DNA of 36,042 nt. Origin: Kofleriaceae bacterium (GTDB lineage: Bacteria; Myxococcota_A; Polyangia; Haliangiales; Haliangiaceae). This document shows positions 31,201-36,042 of the stretch, one piece after another; position 1 is the stretch's first letter, and each line of letters starts with the position of its first letter. The stretch spans positions 1 through 36,042 of the forward strand of contig JBKJLC010000192.1 of assembly GCA_046597055.1 (NCBI GenBank), written 5' to 3'. The translations under genes were made by a program, and so were the position numbers. Below the pieces are notes generated by a model that was not told the origin of the DNA, ran no database searches, and saw nothing but the letters and a program-made list of their open reading frames with translations.

Positions 31201-31411
31201 GCTTGCATCCCGCGCCCGCGACGCCCGCGAGCGCGAAGCTCGCGCCCATCAGCTGGACGAAGTTGCGCCGCGTCAGGGGATCGACGGGCTCGTCACCGCC
31301 GCCATGGTCGCCCTGATCGCCGATGTACTCGACGGTGGGCGCATCGCTCGGACCGCCCTGCGGTTCGAGGTCGGACAGACTCTTCCAGTAGCCGTGGTTC
31401 AACGATGACAT
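28262..31411 (-). CDS. actB: ACIII subunit ActB (molybdopterin-oxidoreductase-like plus Fe-S domain)
   Basis: YWKSL; Tat motif TRRNFVQL followed by AGAG-C; EGRPIKVDGNPEHP; Fe-S motifs CMGCNSCVVAC, CQHCENAPCEAVCP, CVGTRYCLNNCPY, KCTYC, CQAACP. Confidence 0.93.
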   Translation of the reverse strand: MSSLNHGYWKSLSDLEPQGGPSDAPTVEYIGDQGDHGGGDEPVDPLTRRNFVQLMGASFALAGVAGAGCKRWEREEIVPLARRPEDQVPGNTQVYASSFELGGHAQAVLVTSYEGRPIKVDGNPEHPFAGALDQAGTSIVAGTERHGASTPFAQASILHLYDPDRSQAVRRAGQGATFADFKVWLGELRQKSNTNKVRVLAEATSSPTVQALRRRLNDQMPGLIWHEWEPVSFDNERAGMKLAFGKVVRPLAHLDRAETIVALDCDFFREHPASLRYSRDWARSRRPESSTLGGGKMNRLYAIESVFTSTGALADHRLPVRAEHVLPFAQALAAALDGGGGASGSKLVEEAKVARFIEVLAEEIRANTGRVVFLAGRKQPPALHALVASLNQRYGGTTVEHLEDPEADRPTHAEAIAALVREIDQQQVETLLILGGNPVYDAPADLDFAAKLGAVATSLHLSEYVNETSTKTTWHVPRAHYLESWGDARTWDGTYTVQQPLIAPMYGGLSVVELLAMLLGDETPSDVLVQRTQEQSGAGGNWRAAIHDGFIAKTQLVPAQGVQAAPPSAAPAQGTAAAGSEMQAGALEVTFLASPNVWDGRFANNAWLQEAPEFLTKMTWDNVAMIAPDTADQASLKVKSEDMIRIQIGDRSLEVPVLVMPGHPRGSIGLWLGGGRTVAGKVGTKGGESKGGGFDSYKLRTTAGLDFVSGAKVTRTGGHYKVATTQEHFDITQGMSIDKKIGDRSTAERLPLIVRETSKDGFQDPTYKAEEELPYYHDHEHGRGFSLYEEKVYKGHKWAMAIDLGSCMGCNSCVVACQSENNTPVVGKAQVLKNREMHWIRIDRYFKGDMDEPEVVGQPVACQHCENAPCEAVCPVGATLHSSEGLNDMVYNRCVGTRYCLNNCPYRVRRFNFLNWHKEFDEARNKVRKLLFNPEVTVRERGVMEKCTYCVQRIQSAKIKAKNERNRDIIADGTITTACQAACPTEAIVFGDLNDPKSRVARLHSDRRQYELLGELNDKPRTRFLARVRNPNPKLVASGGSAGHGAGKH

Positions 31412-32043
31412 GTGGAACAATCCGTGGGCGGGTTGATCTTCAAACTGGCCTTGACGCGAGCGCCCTCACCGGGCGGCGTCTTGTAGCCCATCTCGGTCAC
31501 CTTCATCGGATCCCGCAGGTTCGGCTCGGGATTGCGGTGACAGTCGAGGCACCAGCTCATCGTGAGCGACTTCGACTGCCACACGGTCACCATGCGATCG
31601 ATCCGGCCGTGGCACGACTCGCAGCCGACGCCGCGGGTCACGTGCGCGGAGTGATTGAAGTACACGTAGTCCGGGAGGTCGTGGACCCGGATCCACCGCA
31701 GCGGCTCGTTCTCGTAGAAGGCCTGCCGCACCGGCAGCAGCTTCTCGCTACGTGGATGAACGCTCTGGTGGCAGTTCATGCAGGTCGCAGCCGGCGGGAT
31801 CGAGGCCTTGGCCGACCGCTCGACGACGCTATGACAATAGCGACAGTCGAGCCCGAGCTGGCCGACGTGCAGCGCATGGCTGTACGGGACCGGCTGGTCG
31901 GGCATGTACCCGATCCGCAACGTCTGCGGATCTTTCACGAAGGCCGCGAGGAGCACGATGTAGATCGGCCCGGCCAGGAGCGCGGGACCGATCACGTACT
32001 TCTTGAGCGGCTGGGACCATTCGGGGAACAGGAAACGGGACAT
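31399..32043 (-). CDS. actA: ACIII pentaheme cytochrome c ActA
   Basis: Five CxxCH motifs (CRYCH, CMNCH, CESCH, CLDCH, CSTCH); QPVPYSHALH; LPDYVYFNHSAH; N-terminal transmembrane helix. Confidence 0.93.
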   Translation of the reverse strand: MSRFLFPEWSQPLKKYVIGPALLAGPIYIVLLAAFVKDPQTLRIGYMPDQPVPYSHALHVGQLGLDCRYCHSVVERSAKASIPPAATCMNCHQSVHPRSEKLLPVRQAFYENEPLRWIRVHDLPDYVYFNHSAHVTRGVGCESCHGRIDRMVTVWQSKSLTMSWCLDCHRNPEPNLRDPMKVTEMGYKTPPGEGARVKASLKINPPTDCSTCHR

Positions 32044-32462
32044 GTCGGTTTCCTACGAGGCTGAGCGCTGCGTGGCCGCCCCTGCACGGCCCTCGACGAG
32101 GACGTGCCAGGGTCGGAGTCGGACGATGCGGCGTGGTCTTCTCATCACGGCGAACAAGTTCGCAAGGTACGCGCGGATCGAATTCGCGGGATCGGTGGCT
32201 GGAAGCAACGTCATGGCGCGCCACTCGCGCCACGCCGATGTCCGATGCCCCTTCTGCCAGAAGCAGCGGGCCCTCGGACTGCGGCATTTTGCTCGCGCCG
32301 GGTGCCAACCGGATGCGCACCGGCGCCAACTCTGCCCTTCGCGACAAATCACCGCATCGCGCCGCCTGGCCCGGTTGCGGCTGATTGCCGCACGTGGCCG
32401 ACGTGGGGCATGCTTCCACCGTGGCAAGCGAAGCCGATCCCCCTGTCCCGCCACGCTCGGTC

Positions 32463-32747
32463 GTGGTCAGTACCGGCGACGATGACGAAGAGGATCACGC
32501 GCTCAAACGCGACGACGACCTGCCGGTGATCGCCCGGCTGATCGTGGAGATCCGGTCCGACGGACGCCGCACCGTGGCGCGCGGCGCGATCGAAGATGTC
32601 GCGTCGGGGCTCAAGACCGCGGTGGTCGCGCGCGGGGAGTCGCCAGTCCGGCTCGCGGTCGACCTCGCGCGGGCGATCGTGCGACTCCCGGGCATGACGG
32701 CGCGCACCGCGATCAAGGGCCTGCTCGGCCGCCGCGGCGGTGGCTAG
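32463..32747 (+). CDS. Small hypothetical protein divergent from actA
   Basis: Protein-like sequence LPVIARLIVEIRSDGRRTVARGAIED with strong GC3 bias; start uncertain (GTG 32463 assumed). Confidence 0.55.
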   Translation: MVSTGDDDEEDHALKRDDDLPVIARLIVEIRSDGRRTVARGAIEDVASGLKTAVVARGESPVRLAVDLARAIVRLPGMTARTAIKGLLGRRGGG

Positions 32748-32843
32748 CGCAGCCCCGTTGCTGACTTCGGGTGACGCAGGGCCGCCATCGGCGATGCGTA
32801 GGTCCCGTCGCCCCAGTCGCCGACCCGCGCACCACCTGGCGCG

Positions 32844-34421
32844 TCAGTCCGGGAGCGGCGTGGCGATGTGATCGGCGTGGGTGGCGAGCAGGCGATCGGC
32901 CCAGGCGACGTGACCGGCGCGGCGAAGGGTGGCGAGGTGCTCCGCGGTGAGCTGACCGGCGTCGCCGGGGCGGCCCAGCCGGTGCGCGGCCTCGAAGCGG
33001 ACCGCGCGCGCCTCGACGCCAGGCGGGTAGTCGTCCTCGAACAGCGGAGCGACCAGGGCGAGGGCTTCGTCGAGCCGATCGTGGCGAAGCAGCCAGGCGG
33101 CGTGGAGTCCGGAGGCGAACCTGCGCTGGTGCGGCCGGCCCAGCCCGAGTCCGGCCAGGTCGGCGGCGAGCTCGGGGTCGTTGCCAAGCTCGAAGTGGGC
33201 CCGGGCGCGGAGCCGAAGCAGACGTGTCATCGGCGAGACCGCGAACCGTCGCGCCCGCGCCACTGCGTCGACGAGCGCTGCCCAGCGCTGCTGGTCGTGA
33301 AGTGCGTCGACCAGCACCTCCCACGCGTCGGCGCACGCCGGATCGCGCGCAAGCACGTCGCGGCAGATCGCCTCGGCGCGCGCCGGTGCGCCCTGGTGGA
33401 CATCGATGTCCGCCTCGAGGATGAGCGCCGCCATGTGACCGGGATGCTCCGCGAGCACGCCGGCGAGGATCGTGCGCGGCATCGCATACTCGCCGCCGTA
33501 GTGGATCTGGCGAGCGAGCTCGACGCGCGTCTCGAGCGGGTCGCGCCCGGCGGCGACGTCCTCGAGCAGCGTCTCGAGCGCGGCGTGGGTGCTGAACAAC
33601 CAACGCTCCGCCGGGACCGTCCCGGCGCGCGTCGGGCGCGGGTCGACCAGGAGCGCCAGCGGCACCCGCACGCCGCCGTGCCGCTCGGTCCAGTCGCCGA
33701 AGTAGGTGACGTCGTCGGCACACGCGACCTCGAGGTACGGGAGCACCACGTCGTGAAGCAAGGTGAGCTCCATGTGCTCGGCGTAGGCCTCCCGCTGGTC
33801 GCTGTCGTCAGCGAGCCAGCGACCGCGGGCAATCCGCGCGGTGAAGTCGTGATGATGCGCGACCTCGTGGACGAAGGTGGTGAGCGCATGGAGCTTGAGG
33901 ACCAGCTGCTTGACCCGGCGCTCGGCCAGGTCCGGCGGGTGGACATAGGCGAAGACGTGGATCGTCGCGGGATGGGACCGGCACAGGCCGAGCACCCGTC
34001 CGGCGTGGACGCCGGCCAGCACCTCGTGACCGCGCCGGCCAGTGAACGGGTCGGGGTCACCATCCTCGCCGGGCCGTCGCGCCTGCTCGGCCATGCCGAG
34101 GCCGAGCACGATTGCGGACAGCCCATCGAGGATGCCGGGCGGTAGACGGGCCATCACCGCGCGCAGGTCGGCGGGTGACGCGGCGTGATGGACGTGGTCC
34201 GACTGGTCGAAGATGCGGATCGGGATGGTGGTCGGGTCGAGCGGCGGCAGCGCGGCGTCGTCGCGGCGGCGCTCGTGCAGGACCTGGGCCTTGGTGAGGC
34301 GCTTTCGCGCGAGGTCCGCGCGCACGACGCAGACGTCCTCGCGCTGGCGCGCCGCGTCGGCGAACTGGTCCTGATGGAGCTCGTCGAGCTGGCGTCGGGT
34401 GGTGTGGATGCTGCGCGCCAA
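32844..34421 (-). CDS. HEXXH zincin-like domain fused to TPR-like repeats
   Basis: FVHEVAHH with a downstream QREAYAE; TPR-like helices (AEAICRDVLARDPACADAWEVL); TTG start uncertain. Confidence 0.65.
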   Translation of the reverse strand: MARSIHTTRRQLDELHQDQFADAARQREDVCVVRADLARKRLTKAQVLHERRRDDAALPPLDPTTIPIRIFDQSDHVHHAASPADLRAVMARLPPGILDGLSAIVLGLGMAEQARRPGEDGDPDPFTGRRGHEVLAGVHAGRVLGLCRSHPATIHVFAYVHPPDLAERRVKQLVLKLHALTTFVHEVAHHHDFTARIARGRWLADDSDQREAYAEHMELTLLHDVVLPYLEVACADDVTYFGDWTERHGGVRVPLALLVDPRPTRAGTVPAERWLFSTHAALETLLEDVAAGRDPLETRVELARQIHYGGEYAMPRTILAGVLAEHPGHMAALILEADIDVHQGAPARAEAICRDVLARDPACADAWEVLVDALHDQQRWAALVDAVARARRFAVSPMTRLLRLRARAHFELGNDPELAADLAGLGLGRPHQRRFASGLHAAWLLRHDRLDEALALVAPLFEDDYPPGVEARAVRFEAAHRLGRPGDAGQLTAEHLATLRRAGHVAWADRLLATHADHIATPLPD

Positions 34422-34591
34422 GGTCGTCAGCTAACATGGATGCCGCGCGCGCGGCGACCGCGACCGCGCGGTCGCCCGTGGCGGCCGCACGAGCGAGCCG
34501 GCGCGGCGCGTGACCTAGCTCGAGCGCGCGCCCGAGAATGCCCGCAAGCTCGCGCTCGCTGCCGGCTGGATCCGAGCTCGCGGCGGCGGTA

Positions 34592-34610
34592 GCGGCAACC
34601 GCAACGGCAA
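34592..34610. repeat. Left remnant of the GGCAAC/CGCAAC hexamer array
   Basis: gcggcaaccgcaacggcaa directly abuts the left IS end. Confidence 0.75.
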
Positions 34611-34673
34611 TAGGCCCGCCCCGATTCTGTGGACACCCATCATCCATCCACCGTCATGATGAGCGAGGTATCC

Positions 34674-34991
34674 ATGAAGCCATCCAGGCCAAAACAGAAG
34701 CCGCGTATGCGGCGCCAGTTCACTTCCGAGTTCAAGGCTGAGGCAGTACGGCTGGCGACGTCCTCAGGAAGGAGCATCAGTGCGGTAGCCAAGGAGCTAG
34801 GTCTCACCATCAGCTGCCTGCATAGCTGGGCTCGGCAGGCCACCGTTGACGAGAAGCAAGGCCAGGTGGGGGCGCTCACGACCGACGAGCGGGCCGAGTT
34901 GGTTCGCTTGCGACGGGAACTTCGCACCGCCGAGGAGGAACGTGATTTCCTAAAAAAAGCGGCGGCGTACTTCGCGAGGCAGCAGCCGTGA
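34674..34991 (+). CDS. IS3 transposase OrfA (HTH)
   Basis: RRQFTSEFKAEAV, VAKELG, ERDFLKKAAAYF; GAGG upstream. Confidence 0.9.
   Translation: MKPSRPKQKPRMRRQFTSEFKAEAVRLATSSGRSISAVAKELGLTISCLHSWARQATVDEKQGQVGALTTDERAELVRLRRELRTAEEERDFLKKAAAYFARQQP
34932..34959 (+). other. Programmed -1 frameshift signal
   Basis: AAAAAAAG at 34952-34959 with SD-like GAGGAGG at 34932-34938; the -1 frame is open into orfB. Confidence 0.8.
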
Positions 34992-35863
34992 AGTACGCCC
35001 TCATCACCGAGCTCAAGGGTACGCATTCCGTGACGCTGATGTGTCGAGCACTCGGGTTAGCGCCGTCGGGGTACTACGCGTGGAAGCATCGACCAACCTC
35101 GACGCGGCAACGCGCCGACCGCGTCTTGAGCCTTCACGTGCGAGCCGCTTTTCAGGCGAGCTATCGCCGCTACGGCAGCCCGCGGCTCCATGCCGAGTTG
35201 CGCGCCGCCGGGCACCGTGTAGGGCGCAAGCGCGTGGCGCGCATCATGCGCCAAGAGGGGCTGTGCGCCCGCCCGCGGCGGCGGTTCGTCTCGACTACCC
35301 AGTCACGGCACGACCAGCCCATCGCCCCCAACGTGGTGGCCCGCGAATTTGAAACGTCGGCGCCGAACCAGGTCTGGGTCTCGGACCTAACCTACCTCCG
35401 CACTCAGGCCGGGTTCGTGTACCTGGCGGTGGTCATCGACCTGTTTTCTCGCCGCGTCGTCGGCTGGGCCCTCTCACGCGACCTCGCTGCCGACGTCGCC
35501 ACCGAGGCGCTGCGCCGCGCACTCGCGCTGCGGACTGTCCGGGCCGGCCTGATTCACCACAGCGACCGCGGCATCCACTACGCGTGCGCTGCCTACCGCG
35601 CGATTCTCGACAAGAACGCCATCGTTCAGAGCATGAGCCGGAAGGGAAACTGCTGGGACAATGCCGTCGCGGAGAGCTTCTTCTCGTCCCTCGGCTTCGA
35701 GCTCGAGTTCGAGTCGAACTGGAGCGACGTGCATGCCGTCGAGGACGACCTCGTCGAGTACATCGATCGATTCTACAATCCGCGCCGGCGCCATTCGCAC
35801 AATGACTTCCTTAGCCCGATTGACTTCGAGCGCCAGTTCCTTCAAGAGCAAGTAACGACGTAG
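34988..35863 (+). CDS. IS3 transposase OrfB (DDE)
   Basis: YGSPR, PNQVWVSDLTY, HHSDRG, GNCWDNAVAESFF, FYNPRRRHS. Confidence 0.93.
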   Translation: MKYALITELKGTHSVTLMCRALGLAPSGYYAWKHRPTSTRQRADRVLSLHVRAAFQASYRRYGSPRLHAELRAAGHRVGRKRVARIMRQEGLCARPRRRFVSTTQSRHDQPIAPNVVAREFETSAPNQVWVSDLTYLRTQAGFVYLAVVIDLFSRRVVGWALSRDLAADVATEALRRALALRTVRAGLIHHSDRGIHYACAAYRAILDKNAIVQSMSRKGNCWDNAVAESFFSSLGFELEFESNWSDVHAVEDDLVEYIDRFYNPRRRHSHNDFLSPIDFERQFLQEQVTT

Positions 35864-35894
35864 CCGAGTCGTCCACGAAACCGGGGCAAGGCCA

Positions 35895-36042
<148 letters not shown>

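Larger units (their letters stand above)
34611..35894 (+). mobile_element. IS3-family insertion sequence (1284 bp) with CAA target duplication
   Basis: IRL TAGGCCCGCCCCGATTCTGTGGAC versus IRR reverse complement TGGCCTTGCCCCGGTTTCGTGGAC (17 of 24 match); CAA at 34608-34610 and 35895-35897; orfA and orfB inside. Confidence 0.92.

Noticed and set aside
28262..31411. ActB as an active molybdoenzyme
   Set aside because: Operon context identifies ACIII, whose ActB has the fold but is known to lack the molybdenum cofactor.
32090..32310. Minus-strand TGGCAC motifs as sigma-54 promoters for actA
   Set aside because: Neither has TTGC at the -12 position.

Overview
GC-rich bacterial window, most likely from a myxobacterium (inferred from Cys-rich lipoproteins, a FecR-type anti-sigma, an expansin and GC-rich third codon positions). 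The largest block, 17901-32043 on the minus strand, is a complete alternative complex III (ACIII) plus caa3-type A2 cytochrome c oxidase operon: actA-actB-actC-actDE(fused)-actF-actG-like-SCO-coxII-coxI-coxIII-coxIV. Its subunit III carries an unusual ~210-aa loop with 8 Cys. At the left edge is a gene absent from the ORF track: the first 689 codons of a compositionally foreign, signal-peptide-bearing SpvB/TcB-like beta-propeller protein, probably an RHS/Tc-type toxin, that runs off the window. Between these lie a lipoprotein expansin, a ~1000-aa Cys-rich repeat lipoprotein, an ExbB/ExbD pair without TonB, a PHP-type metallohydrolase lipoprotein, yggX plus a PLP enzyme, an orphan anti-sigma lacking its N-terminal Cys ligands, an SDR plus a single-HKD PLD protein, and an ECF sigma/FecR pair. 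The right end has a HEXXH-TPR protein and an intact 1284-bp IS3-family element inserted into a (GGCAAC/CGCAAC)n microsatellite with a CAA duplication. All calls come from reading motifs by eye; no database searches were run.
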